Source: a virus. From it: a stretch of 64,000 nt of DNA. Numbering within the stretch: the stretch's first letter is position 1; each line of letters starts with the position of its first letter. The position numbers and the translations under genes are program-made. Where the stretch lies: positions 63 to 64,062 of IMG/VR virus record IMGVR_UViG_3300011268_000916; one strand, given 5' to 3'. Under the pieces are notes generated by a model, which was not told where the DNA came from, did not search any database, and worked only from the letters and a program-made list of their open reading frames with translations. This document shows positions 39,001-48,630 of this stretch, in pieces.

Positions 39001-42000
39001 TGCTATAAACTTAACTAATGCTAACGCTAAGAAAGCGATTGATATTACAGAACAAACATATCAAGGCAGTGGTGCAAGTTATCATGCATTTAAAAAGATT
39101 AACTCCCCTTCATTTAAGACTGATGTAATTAGTCATGCATCATTTAATATTGATGATCAGGTATTTGGACCAGACTTTAGAGGAGAAATTGTAGGTCGCC
39201 CTAACGATACAGTTAAGAAAATTAAAGTATTTAATGGAGTACTAAGACCAGGACAAACTATTAAAACCATTAGAGACCATGATAGAGTTTTCCTAACTGC
39301 TCAGTTACTTTCTTCGGCTGGTAGTTCAACAAGTTCTACTACCATGAAAATTACTAGTGTAGAAGATCTGTTTGAAAATGATGTCACTTCTATTTCACCA
39401 AGTAGCCCAGAATTGATTAGAATTGGCAAGGAACAGTTTAAAGTTACTGGAGCTGATTGGAGTGTTCTTACTACACAGTCACCAGGATCTAGTAGAACAT
39501 TAAATCCATGGGTTCAAGGTGAACCTGTAGAACTCAATCTATCAAATGGAACCGATAAAGTAGAAGTATCTAGGTTATTTTATAACCCAGGATTCTACAA
39601 TTCTGTTGTTACTATGAGTGGTGGTGTTTACCTACCAAGAACTCTTTTCAATAGAAATGCAGAGGCTTCTGTTCCTTTACTCTTTAAGAACTTTGAAGCC
39701 GAGACTTATACTTCAACTACATCTGGATCTTATAAAAAGTTCCAATTCGTAGAGATTCTTGGAGAATCTAAAGTAACTCAGATCTCAGATACTGCTGTAG
39801 CAAGATATGCAAGTGAATTAAAGTATTTTGGTGGAAATACAAATGTAACCAAAACTGGTTATGGAACCCAAGGAAAATTCACTATTGAAGTTAACAATCC
39901 ATCTGGAATTCTTTATGGAATGTTAATTACTGATTCTAATGGATCCATACCAGCAAATACTTTTGTTGAAACAGTAGTAGGTAATACTGTTACTATATCT
40001 AAGGCTCTTCTAACAACTATGGGAAGTTCTTCTTCTCAGATAGATCTAACATTTAGTTCTTATTATCAAAAAATTATTGCAAAGAAAGTTGGGTTCTCTG
40101 TAACTGGTTTAACTGGAAGTACAGGATTTACAACACCAGGGACTAGAATTAATACTATAACTGGATTGCCAACTGGTACTGGAAATACAGAATATTGGTC
40201 TAGAGGTGAAACCGTTGTCCTTAGAAAAGTTTATACTGACTCACAAGGCAATAAGCAAGCAATCTTCATGTTTGCAAGAATTGAAGATGAGGCTGGAGAC
40301 TATGAAGATTATGTAGGTTCTACTTTCCTCGTTCTTGAAGATTTCTACAGACCTGAAGGGGAATTTAGATATGCTAAGTCAGCAAAAGCAGCAACATTCA
40401 CTTCAGGAGATACTGTAATAACTCTTGCTGGTGTAAGTGATTTAGATACAGGAGATTATGTTATTGGATCTGGTATTCCTAGTGGAACTACTATTGTTTC
40501 GATTGATACTGGAGCTTTAACTATTACTTTATCGAATGCTGTTACATCTTCTCAAACTGGTACTGTATTAAGATTTGAAGATACTTTTAATAATGGATAT
40601 GATTATGTAGACAATGCATATCAAACTTCTAGAGATCTTACTTTTAGATCCTCATATAAGTTACCACCAACTGCAGGACAGGAAAATGTTACTGATGCAA
40701 GTTGGGAAATCTTTAGACCTATTGATGCCGATTGTTTTAGATTAGCTTTAGCTTCAACTTCAGGTGGAACTCCACTTGGTTGGATTAATGCGGTTTCAGT
40801 TCAATACAATAATGTCGAAGAAAATAAAAATGACATGACTGTATTTAGGGCTATTAATGCTACTAATAAAGTCAGTCATAGAGGCCCTGGTACTATTCCT
40901 GGTCAACATAATGGTCAATTTGTTGGTGCAGAAATTAGAAGAATGGATGCAACTGCAAAAGTTGTTACTGTAACTATTGATGATAATAGTTTGCCAGCAG
41001 AAACTGAAGTTGAAGCTACAATTGAAGGACAAAGAATCACTGGTGAAGTTACTGCAACTGGAAATAGGAATGGTAGATGTTTTGTTACATTTACAGGAAA
41101 TAAAGAATTTGAAGTTAGTGATGACGATAATAACAACCTATTTACTCTCAAAGTTAAGAGAGGAGGAACAGTCATTAAGGAAATTCCTGACTGTGCTTCA
41201 TATGAATCTTCAGAGGTTGTAGTTGGAACAAGAACCCAATTCTTAAAAGATTTAAGACCAGGTGATTATATCTTTAAAGGTAATCAAGCAATTCAGGTTA
41301 AGAGACTTGTAGCTAGTGCTGCTAATCAAGGTATTCTAACTGAAATTGATATTGTTGAAGATGGTGATGGATATGATCCACGTAGATGGACCAACATCGC
41401 TGATTATAGAGCTGGTAGATGTGGACAAAACGGAATGCCAGTTAACATTTCATTATTGCAAACTGATCCTGGTATGGGTGGCAGCACTAATGATATTTTT
41501 GGATTCTTCGGCGGTGGAACAAGCAAGGCAAAACAAGGTAATGCTGTTCTAATCGTTGGGTCTGATGGTAAATTAAATGAAGTTAGAATCACAGATAAGG
41601 GTGAAGGATATACATGCCCTCCAACATTAAAACTTCCACCACCAAGAGAAACTGATGGTATCCAAGCGGTTGCATTAGCATATGCTAAAGAAGACGCACT
41701 TAAGAATACCATTGAAGGTAATTTCAGATTCTTAGTAGAACCAAATTTAACTGACAAGTTAGGAAAAGAAAGACAAAGTATTGCAGCTAGATTGCCTTTT
41801 GGTACATACACTAAAGTATTCAGATTTAGACCAAAATTCTTTGGTAGAGACAATGGAGATCTATTTACTGAGTTAGCAAGATCACCAATTAGAAATACAT
41901 ATGATGAAACATTTAGTATCAGAAAGACCTACGATTCTGCAGTTGAAGAATCTGAAGAATTCCCAGGCAGAAAGAAAGTTACTTTAACTGCTCCTACTGG

Positions 42001-45000
42001 ATCTCAGTTTGAAACATTTACAACTGATAACTACATGGCAGTTTTGGTTGATAAGATTGGTGTAAGTAATGAATATCCATTACTCAATTTGATTACATCT
42101 TCTGAAATTGATAATAGATCTCCTATTATTACATTCACTTCCGATAGAACAAAACTAACCGTTGATAGAATTCCACCTGGCCTAGGTGGAAATAAAACGG
42201 TTGCTGTTTATTATACAAATGGAAGTCCAGATGTTCTTTCAGATTCATTCTATCTAAATGATGCAAATTCAAGATCAGTTTATACTGACATTGATGAGGA
42301 TATTTATCCAGGTATGATTGTAACCGCCGAAGGCGGCGAATCTGTTCTTAACTCTGGAACAACAATTAAAAAAGTAAGCTCAGTTACAGTAACTCTGTAT
42401 GAACTAGAAATCACTGGTGGCGCTGTAAAGTCAGATGGTAATCTTAAGTTTACTCCTGGTCAACAATATACTCTTGACGGAGAAAACTCAGATGGTTCAT
42501 GTAAAGTTATTGCACTTACAAATAAAGTTAGTGGAACATCATATATCATTGTAGAGTTGGTAAGAGATTCATCAAAGCCAACTACAAGTATGTCCTTAAT
42601 TGACAATGATGGAACTGCTCAAAATATTACCAGTGTTAGTGAAGTAGAAGGTCAAAGATTTAAAATTACATTGAGCAATCCAGCTAAACAAACACTCAAT
42701 CAAAAACTTAATGCAACTCCTAACAATGTAACTGATATCCGAGTTCAAACTACAATTGCATTAAATAATGCATCTAAGAAGCTGAAGACTTCTGAAAAGA
42801 TGAGATGTTTAATTGTAAATAATACATTTAAGACTCAGAAAGAAGCTAACAAGTTTGGACTAGTTGTGAATGAAACTTCATCATACTTTGGAACTAGAGT
42901 TGAAGATGATGTTATTTCATTGGGTGTTCCAGATGCTTATAAAGTACATGCTGTTTATGAAAGTAGAGATAATAACCCACCAATCCCACCGTATGTCATT
43001 TTAGTTGATTCTAGAGATTATGAAGTTGGTTCTCTAATCAAAGGCAAATCATCATTAGCTCAAGGTCGAGTAATTGAGGTTAGTGGAAACAAAGTTTCAT
43101 TTGTATATTTGACAGACAACAGATTTGCATATGGTGAAATAATTACTGGAATTTCATCTGTTGATGGATTGAAAACTGATGGTAAAATTTCTACTACAAA
43201 AAACCCAGTATCTGTATGGAATGGTCCTAAGGACATAACTTCTAATTATGTCCTAGATAATGGACAAAGAGGCCAATTCTATGATATTTCTAGAATTGTA
43301 AGAAAACCAGGACAAGTAGTTCCAACTAGACAGATAATGGTCATCTTCGATCATTTTGAAATTTCTGGAGCTGGTGAATTTACAACTTCAAATTCATATC
43401 TCGATATTGACTATAAAGATATCCAAGATTTTCAAAACATTAGACTTAGAGACGTTATTGATTTTAGACCATATGTTTCTAGGGCTACAACAAATCCAGG
43501 TACTTTATCCTTACCATATAATGTTGATAAGAAATCTTTAGACTTTAGAAACAGAGATTTCACTACTGGATCATCTATTGTTATGGATATTCCAAAAGTA
43601 GGAACTAACTTTAGATGCAGTTATGACTACTATCTATCAAGAATTGATAAATTATTCTTAGATCCAAATGGACAATTCTTAATCAAGAAAGGTAAGTCTT
43701 CTCAATTCCCACTTTCTCCAGATAATGTAGATAATGGAATGTTGTTAGCTACAATTCAATTAGATCCATATGGATTTAATGTTCTTGATGATGTAGAAAC
43801 AACAGTTGAAGAACATAGAAGATTCACATTTAAAGATATTGGAGCAATAGAAAAGAGACTCTCTAGAGTTGAATATTATACATCGTTAAGTCTTCTAGAA
43901 ATTGCAACTAAAAATATGAAGGTTGTGGATGCAGATGGATTTGATAGATTTAAAAATGGATTTGTAGTTGATGATTTTACATCTCATGATGTATCAGATC
44001 TACAACATCCAGATTATAACTGTTCTCTCGATTTTGTAAGACAGGAGATGAGAGCATCTCACTATACTACTAACGTAGCTCTTGCTTTCAATGCAAACTC
44101 TTCAAGTCACTTTAAACAAGATGGAGATTTAATTACTCTACCATATACTAATGTTGTTTATTGTCAACAACAATTTGCGTCTAGACTTGAAAACGTAAAC
44201 CCATTTGCTGTTATTGGTTGGGTTGGAGTAGTTGTTCTATATCCAGAATCTGATGATTGGGTTGATATTAAGAGAGAGCCAAATAAAATTACTAAAAAGG
44301 AAGGAAACTTTAATGCAGTATCCAAGGCTCTGAAGGTCAATAGAAATGGATTTGCTCCACTACAATGGGGAGCTTGGGAAACACAATGGACTGGATCAAA
44401 AACAACTACAGCAGTTGAGAGAGAAACTTCATTCAGAAACTTTGTTCCTGGTAAAGGTCGTCCAATTAATCAAATTTCAACAACTCAAACATTAGCGAAT
44501 CAAACAAGAACTGCTATTAGAACTAGAGTTGTACCTAAGATTGATACTGTTAATCTTGGTGATAAGGTGTTGAGTACAACTTCAATACCTTTCATGAGAT
44601 CCAGAAATATTACATTTGTTGGAACTAAACTAAAACCAAGACAAAGAATTTATATTTTCTTTGATGGTAAGGATGTTACAAATCAATGCACACCTAAGAT
44701 CATTGAAGTTATTAAGAATACAAACGAAAACAAAAAATCTAATAATGTTCCTTTCATTATTGGAGAAGATGTTGTAGGTAGAACTAGTGGATGCAGATTT
44801 AAAGTTCTTGCTCCAAATTCTGTATTCCCAGACAATCCTTACATTGGATTAACTTCTGGAAGTGACTTTACTAAATTACCAGGTTCTTATTCAGGAAATC
44901 TAGGGTATCTAAACATTGATATTGATTCTGCTTCTAAAAAGGCATTAGGAACTTACAAAGGTAATATTATTGTTGGAGAACAGTTAGTTGGTCAGAAATC

Positions 45001-48000
45001 AAGAGCTAATGCTGTTGTTAGAGATAGAAGATTCATTACTGATCCAAATGGACATGTAAGAGGAACATTCTTTATACCAGATCCAAATAAAAAGGGCAAC
45101 TTACAGTTTGCAACTGGAACAAGAACTTTTAGATTGACTTCTTCTCCAACTAATAGTCTTGTACCTTCAGATGTAGAAACTTCAGCACAGACTAACTTCA
45201 CTGCAAGTGGTATCTTAGAAAGAAGACAAAGACAAATTCTTCAAATTAGAAATGCAAGAATTGTTAGAGATACAGTTACTGATAGAAGAACAATTATTAC
45301 TTCTACTAGAACTGAGAAGAGACAAATTGGATGGTATGACCCAATTGCTGAGTCTTTCGTTGTTTCCTTAGAAGGTGGTATGTACATCACTAAAGTTGAT
45401 GTATACTTCTATTCTAAAGATGATAAAATTCCTGTTTCAATGCAGTTGAGAACTATGGAAAATGGTTATCCAACGACTACCATTCTTCCACAATCAGAAG
45501 TTATTTTGAATCCATCTCAGGTTAAACTATCTGCTGATGCGAGTGTTCCAACATCATTTGAATTTGAAAACCCAATTTATCTAAATGAAAATCAGGAATA
45601 TTGTTTCGTCTTACTATCAACCGCAACGACATATAGAGTACACATCTCTAGAATGGGAGATCTAGATTATCAGGGAAGAGGCATTACAGCTCAACCATAC
45701 AACGGTGTTCTATTTAAATCGCAGAACGCAACAACATGGACTGCTGACCAATATGAGGATATGAAGTTCATTCTTTATAGAGCTAAGTTTGACATTTCTC
45801 AAACTGGAGAAATTGTATTTAATAATGCACCATTAACAATTTTCAATGAAGGAGTTGAGAATCTAGTTCCAGACCCAATTCAAACATTTGATCAAAGAAA
45901 AGAGATGGAATTGTTTGGTGGATCTGTAGGACAGAATCCAAACAACTATACAATCGGTGCTGAGATTGTTGAATTTGTAATGAGTAATGATGGACAAACT
46001 CTCTTATCAACTGGAGCTAAAGGTACGGTTTATAGTTATGATAATGGGGTAGTTGATAATGAAGACTTATCCCCCACTTCTGGAAAACGTAAACTAACAG
46101 TTTCTGATTTGACTGGTAATTTCCAAGTAGGAGTTTTAGCTGGTAAAGTAACAAGAAGAATTACAAGTAGTAAAGCAAAATGCACTATTAAGTTAGATGC
46201 ATCATTCACAAGTACTATATTTACAGTAGGTTCCTTGATTTTCGGTAAGACAAGTAAGTCTTTAGGTATCCTTGAAAGAACTTATATTGAATCTGGATTC
46301 CAATATCTTGTATTGAAGAATGTTTGGCATTCTGGTTCTCAACCTTATACTCAAGGTGAATTAATCGAAGTAAGAACTGATATTATCAACGTTGGATCTA
46401 ATTTTGAAGCTTCAATTGTTAATGTAACCAACTATGTTGGATATCCAACTCCTAATGGAGATTTTGATACTGAATCAAGTTATGGAGATTCAAGAACTCT
46501 ATATGTAATTTCTGAACCAATTTACGATCCAGAACTAAGAAGAATTAGAGTATATCATTCAAACCATGCAATGCATGGAACAAATAATACGGTTGTTCTT
46601 TCTGGAGTTATTTCTGAAATATCACCAACTCAGTTAGCAGAAGACATTCTTGTTACTGCTGGTAAGGATTCTCAGGGCAATAACATTTCATTTGACATTA
46701 AAGTTTCTGATGCAAGAACATTCCATAAGTTTGTAAATGGAAGACCTATTAGTTCTTCAAACCCAGGATACATTAAGATTGATGATGAAATTCTAGCATA
46801 TCAATCAATTAGTGATGATGGTAAGACAATTACAATTAAGTCTGGTGGTAGAGGTATTCAGGGAACTCCAATACATGAACATGATGTTGAAGATGACGTT
46901 CTATGTTATAACTTTGATGGTGTGCCTCTAATTGATATCAATAAGACACATACTGAAATTGCAAATCCAACTATCGATTACTATGAAATTAAGATTAATG
47001 GCGTTGCGTTTGATGGAATTAAGGGTGGTGGAGAAAGTGTCTATTCTACTCAGAACGTTCAATTTGATGCATTGACTCCTCAGATACAATATATCACTGT
47101 ACCAGGAACAGATATTGATGCAACTCTCAATACTATTAGTGCTTCCAGTATTTCATCAACAACTCAGACATCATTTGTTAACACTGGAGATTATGTAAAT
47201 GTAATCCTAAATGAAACAAATTACTTTGATAATCCAAGAATGATCGCATCTAAGATCAACGAATTGACTAAGTTAGGAGGAGCTCCTTCTCTAAATCTTA
47301 AGATGACTTTAAGTAGTGAATTGGATAACTTATCTCCACAAATTGATTTGGATAGATCCAGTTTAATTTGTACTCAAAGTATCATTAATACTCCTAGAGA
47401 AATTAATCCTGTTACTGGATTATATCAGGTTGGTACTGGTCTATATGAAGATTTTGCAGAAACTCAACCAACTGGTGATAGAAATGAGGCTGTGTATATT
47501 TCTAAGTTAACTAAACTAGAAAGTCCATCTCAGGTTCTAAAAGTTATGCTTAATGCCTGGAGAAAACCAGGCACTAGAATTAAGTGTTTATATAAAGTTA
47601 TTCCAGTTGGAAGTAAACTTGAATCGAAAGATGTTGGTTGGAGTTACTTCAATGCAGGCAGAGGCGCTCAAGCTGAAGTAGATGTTGATGGTGATAGAGT
47701 AGGAAGAATAAATGTAACAAACAGTGGAGAAAATTATAACTCCAGAGTTAGTATCACGTTCTTCGGTGGTCTATCAACTGCATCTACATCAAGACATGCA
47801 AAGGCAGAAGCTGTTGTAAATGATGGTAGAATTACTGCAATTAGAGTAACAGATCCTGGTAGAGGATATATCGCACCTCCTTCAATTTATATTAGTCCAG
47901 ATCCTACAGAAGGCGGTAAACCAGACAAGGACATTCCAGAGGATGATTATGAAAACTTTAGAGAGTATGAATATACTGCAGAGGGCTTGAATTTTGATCG

Positions 48001-48088
48001 ATTCCAGGTTAAAATAATCATGCAGAGCGATAACCAAGCTGCTGTTCCTCTCATCAAAGAGTTTAGAAGTATTGCTATGGCAGGATAA
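36071..48088 (+). CDS. vrlC: VrlC-like / DUF4815 virion structural protein (4005 aa)
   Basis: N-terminal TNLNVAPY.DDF....FHKVLFRPG.PVQARELT.LQSILQNQIE and C-terminal DP.A.SF...Q.EDMKF.LYRA.F segments; follows gp8 as in cyanomyoviruses. Confidence 0.85.
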   Translation: MAQNTNLNVAPYNDDFSKDKNFHKVLFRPGYPVQARELTTLQSILQNQIENIGQHFFKDGGMIIPGQLSYDLQCHAILVQSTFLGAAVESYRNQLDEIELYGIKSGVSARVQFSISAKESTKKFITLYVKYIASGQDNVTRRFDDNEELYANVDITIGGRLVEAGSPILKLIPKNAKYVGSCAYINNGVYFIRGFFVDVATQRVLLDQYSNEPSYKIGFDISESIITPEDDESLNDNAFGSSNYNAPGAHRFRLRCTLTKRLLDDPGDKNFLELLRLEEGKVLRLNKKEPYSELERSIARRTYDTHGDYMTKPFGIMVKESLNDGLNNGVFEEGDTTAQGNSPGDDLYTVEISPGRAYVQGYEISTDAPTYLDLQKPREVEKLTNQILPYEQGDYFLVKNLRGLPFVSNSGVLANHYQTIEFYDSYYEDTFAEGRNMVGMARCIGIDRLGNNQFKLYVGDVQLFTLIKLQTAIDTNNEIRPLLRQGDEIIGDSSKAKGILAYDPDENILRVYQVAGQFIKGEKLRRDGQLITFRDDAENYKRAQNVTVQGVYNYDFSDIKRLNGTYVSADQQLVEEFYCDTFLSDSFALPSDKIQFVKEQEVVTPRTITVNCVQAEVVTTKLPATRVTLQRETVLLASQDSKRYKPNSFVRNTQNYSVTRTVTPSTGNVTRSCDFVAGSSTLAVISGGLTGIEVGNKVTGNGISNGTFVISKATVGGVDTVDLNQAVFASGNNVSVTFREAKCTVSSATSLAVGQRIIGSGIPSNTFIRSISGTTLFLTDAPTSNAAVTATFILPTKFAKIIQKKTEKVNIAILEDENNTNKKGKKVKKPVYKFFTKLVLEYCNYLGQTLSVPESGSFNVNDILYNIPKMSNNIATNGSLTNKNYTIVKGAYGANQRIRADFDYQFFTENKTSDDISTSKDTIRLFAHGLKTGDILEYQFLSGKYVGTRASTNSGNNYLVSGTQYYVIKVDNNFIKLAINLTNANAKKAIDITEQTYQGSGASYHAFKKINSPSFKTDVISHASFNIDDQVFGPDFRGEIVGRPNDTVKKIKVFNGVLRPGQTIKTIRDHDRVFLTAQLLSSAGSSTSSTTMKITSVEDLFENDVTSISPSSPELIRIGKEQFKVTGADWSVLTTQSPGSSRTLNPWVQGEPVELNLSNGTDKVEVSRLFYNPGFYNSVVTMSGGVYLPRTLFNRNAEASVPLLFKNFEAETYTSTTSGSYKKFQFVEILGESKVTQISDTAVARYASELKYFGGNTNVTKTGYGTQGKFTIEVNNPSGILYGMLITDSNGSIPANTFVETVVGNTVTISKALLTTMGSSSSQIDLTFSSYYQKIIAKKVGFSVTGLTGSTGFTTPGTRINTITGLPTGTGNTEYWSRGETVVLRKVYTDSQGNKQAIFMFARIEDEAGDYEDYVGSTFLVLEDFYRPEGEFRYAKSAKAATFTSGDTVITLAGVSDLDTGDYVIGSGIPSGTTIVSIDTGALTITLSNAVTSSQTGTVLRFEDTFNNGYDYVDNAYQTSRDLTFRSSYKLPPTAGQENVTDASWEIFRPIDADCFRLALASTSGGTPLGWINAVSVQYNNVEENKNDMTVFRAINATNKVSHRGPGTIPGQHNGQFVGAEIRRMDATAKVVTVTIDDNSLPAETEVEATIEGQRITGEVTATGNRNGRCFVTFTGNKEFEVSDDDNNNLFTLKVKRGGTVIKEIPDCASYESSEVVVGTRTQFLKDLRPGDYIFKGNQAIQVKRLVASAANQGILTEIDIVEDGDGYDPRRWTNIADYRAGRCGQNGMPVNISLLQTDPGMGGSTNDIFGFFGGGTSKAKQGNAVLIVGSDGKLNEVRITDKGEGYTCPPTLKLPPPRETDGIQAVALAYAKEDALKNTIEGNFRFLVEPNLTDKLGKERQSIAARLPFGTYTKVFRFRPKFFGRDNGDLFTELARSPIRNTYDETFSIRKTYDSAVEESEEFPGRKKVTLTAPTGSQFETFTTDNYMAVLVDKIGVSNEYPLLNLITSSEIDNRSPIITFTSDRTKLTVDRIPPGLGGNKTVAVYYTNGSPDVLSDSFYLNDANSRSVYTDIDEDIYPGMIVTAEGGESVLNSGTTIKKVSSVTVTLYELEITGGAVKSDGNLKFTPGQQYTLDGENSDGSCKVIALTNKVSGTSYIIVELVRDSSKPTTSMSLIDNDGTAQNITSVSEVEGQRFKITLSNPAKQTLNQKLNATPNNVTDIRVQTTIALNNASKKLKTSEKMRCLIVNNTFKTQKEANKFGLVVNETSSYFGTRVEDDVISLGVPDAYKVHAVYESRDNNPPIPPYVILVDSRDYEVGSLIKGKSSLAQGRVIEVSGNKVSFVYLTDNRFAYGEIITGISSVDGLKTDGKISTTKNPVSVWNGPKDITSNYVLDNGQRGQFYDISRIVRKPGQVVPTRQIMVIFDHFEISGAGEFTTSNSYLDIDYKDIQDFQNIRLRDVIDFRPYVSRATTNPGTLSLPYNVDKKSLDFRNRDFTTGSSIVMDIPKVGTNFRCSYDYYLSRIDKLFLDPNGQFLIKKGKSSQFPLSPDNVDNGMLLATIQLDPYGFNVLDDVETTVEEHRRFTFKDIGAIEKRLSRVEYYTSLSLLEIATKNMKVVDADGFDRFKNGFVVDDFTSHDVSDLQHPDYNCSLDFVRQEMRASHYTTNVALAFNANSSSHFKQDGDLITLPYTNVVYCQQQFASRLENVNPFAVIGWVGVVVLYPESDDWVDIKREPNKITKKEGNFNAVSKALKVNRNGFAPLQWGAWETQWTGSKTTTAVERETSFRNFVPGKGRPINQISTTQTLANQTRTAIRTRVVPKIDTVNLGDKVLSTTSIPFMRSRNITFVGTKLKPRQRIYIFFDGKDVTNQCTPKIIEVIKNTNENKKSNNVPFIIGEDVVGRTSGCRFKVLAPNSVFPDNPYIGLTSGSDFTKLPGSYSGNLGYLNIDIDSASKKALGTYKGNIIVGEQLVGQKSRANAVVRDRRFITDPNGHVRGTFFIPDPNKKGNLQFATGTRTFRLTSSPTNSLVPSDVETSAQTNFTASGILERRQRQILQIRNARIVRDTVTDRRTIITSTRTEKRQIGWYDPIAESFVVSLEGGMYITKVDVYFYSKDDKIPVSMQLRTMENGYPTTTILPQSEVILNPSQVKLSADASVPTSFEFENPIYLNENQEYCFVLLSTATTYRVHISRMGDLDYQGRGITAQPYNGVLFKSQNATTWTADQYEDMKFILYRAKFDISQTGEIVFNNAPLTIFNEGVENLVPDPIQTFDQRKEMELFGGSVGQNPNNYTIGAEIVEFVMSNDGQTLLSTGAKGTVYSYDNGVVDNEDLSPTSGKRKLTVSDLTGNFQVGVLAGKVTRRITSSKAKCTIKLDASFTSTIFTVGSLIFGKTSKSLGILERTYIESGFQYLVLKNVWHSGSQPYTQGELIEVRTDIINVGSNFEASIVNVTNYVGYPTPNGDFDTESSYGDSRTLYVISEPIYDPELRRIRVYHSNHAMHGTNNTVVLSGVISEISPTQLAEDILVTAGKDSQGNNISFDIKVSDARTFHKFVNGRPISSSNPGYIKIDDEILAYQSISDDGKTITIKSGGRGIQGTPIHEHDVEDDVLCYNFDGVPLIDINKTHTEIANPTIDYYEIKINGVAFDGIKGGGESVYSTQNVQFDALTPQIQYITVPGTDIDATLNTISASSISSTTQTSFVNTGDYVNVILNETNYFDNPRMIASKINELTKLGGAPSLNLKMTLSSELDNLSPQIDLDRSSLICTQSIINTPREINPVTGLYQVGTGLYEDFAETQPTGDRNEAVYISKLTKLESPSQVLKVMLNAWRKPGTRIKCLYKVIPVGSKLESKDVGWSYFNAGRGAQAEVDVDGDRVGRINVTNSGENYNSRVSITFFGGLSTASTSRHAKAEAVVNDGRITAIRVTDPGRGYIAPPSIYISPDPTEGGKPDKDIPEDDYENFREYEYTAEGLNFDRFQVKIIMQSDNQAAVPLIKEFRSIAMAG

Positions 48089-48089
48089 T

Positions 48090-48317
48090 ATGGATAAAGT
48101 ACCAGTGAAGGATGAGACTGGATTGTGTAGAGATCCGTACTCTAAAGCTATTATAAATACAAACGAACAAGCATATGAGGATTATATGTCCTCATATGTT
48201 AAAAGAAAAGAGAATAGAAGACGAGTTGAACAACTTCAAGATGATGTTGATTCTTTGAAGTCTGATATTTCTGATATTAAAAATCTGTTAACAAAATTTT
48301 TGGAGAACAAATCATGA
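48090..48317 (+). CDS. Conserved small protein following VrlC (75 aa, C-terminal coiled coil)
   Basis: ATG at 48090 just after the VrlC stop; L.RD..S.AIIN motif and a heptad-like L.DDV..LK.DI..IK.LL. Confidence 0.8.
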   Translation: MDKVPVKDETGLCRDPYSKAIINTNEQAYEDYMSSYVKRKENRRRVEQLQDDVDSLKSDISDIKNLLTKFLENKS

Positions 48318-48535
48318 CTATTGAAAAATCTTCCCCCGAAGAACTTCTATCTCAATTTAGAGAAAGGTATTCTGCAATTCTTGCAGAAAATGAACAAATG
48401 AAAAAGAAGCTTCAAGAAAACGAGGCTGTTGCTCTCAAACTCCTAGGAGCAATTGAAACACTAAGTTATCTAAATGATGAACCAGTTGAACCAGAAACTA
48501 CTGAAGAATCAACGGAAGAAACTGTTGAAGAATGA
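48314..48535 (+). CDS. Small coiled-coil protein with an acidic tail (73 aa)
   Basis: ATGA coupling to the upstream gene; heptad-like pattern then a Glu/Thr-rich tail. Confidence 0.75.
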   Translation: MTIEKSSPEELLSQFRERYSAILAENEQMKKKLQENEAVALKLLGAIETLSYLNDEPVEPETTEESTEETVEE

Positions 48536-48537
48536 TT

Positions 48538-48545
48538 TATAAATA
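48538..48545 (+). promoter_or_regulatory. Perfect T4 late promoter TATAAATA
   Basis: Exact T4 gp55-type consensus in an intergenic position. Confidence 0.6.
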
Positions 48546-48555
48546 GATAATTATC

Positions 48556-48584
48556 AAATGGGGGCAAAATGCCCCTATTTTTTT
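48556..48584 (+). terminator. Rho-independent terminator
   Basis: Stem AAATGGGGGC-AAAAT-GCCCCTATTT (one G-U pair) running into a T tract that ends at 48584. Confidence 0.75.
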
Positions 48585-48586
48585 GC

Positions 48587-48593
48587 ATAAATA
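48587..48593 (+). promoter_or_regulatory. Late promoter core ATAAATA for the fibre gene
   Basis: Directly after the terminator, about 37 nt before ATG 48631. Confidence 0.6.
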
Positions 48594-48630
48594 GAGAAGA
48601 AAGAGACCTTATAACTAGAGTTATCTAATA

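Noticed and set aside
9866-45201. Short alternative-frame and minus-strand ORFs inside gp6, gp7, gp8 and VrlC
   Set aside because: They lie fully inside well-supported genes and have shadow-type composition.
229-48090. Longest-ORF starts in the track (229, 582, 1714, 3718, 6901, 48072)
   Set aside because: These starts run through promoters or upstream genes; downstream ATGs (328, 675, 1756, 3739, 6955, 48090) fit better.
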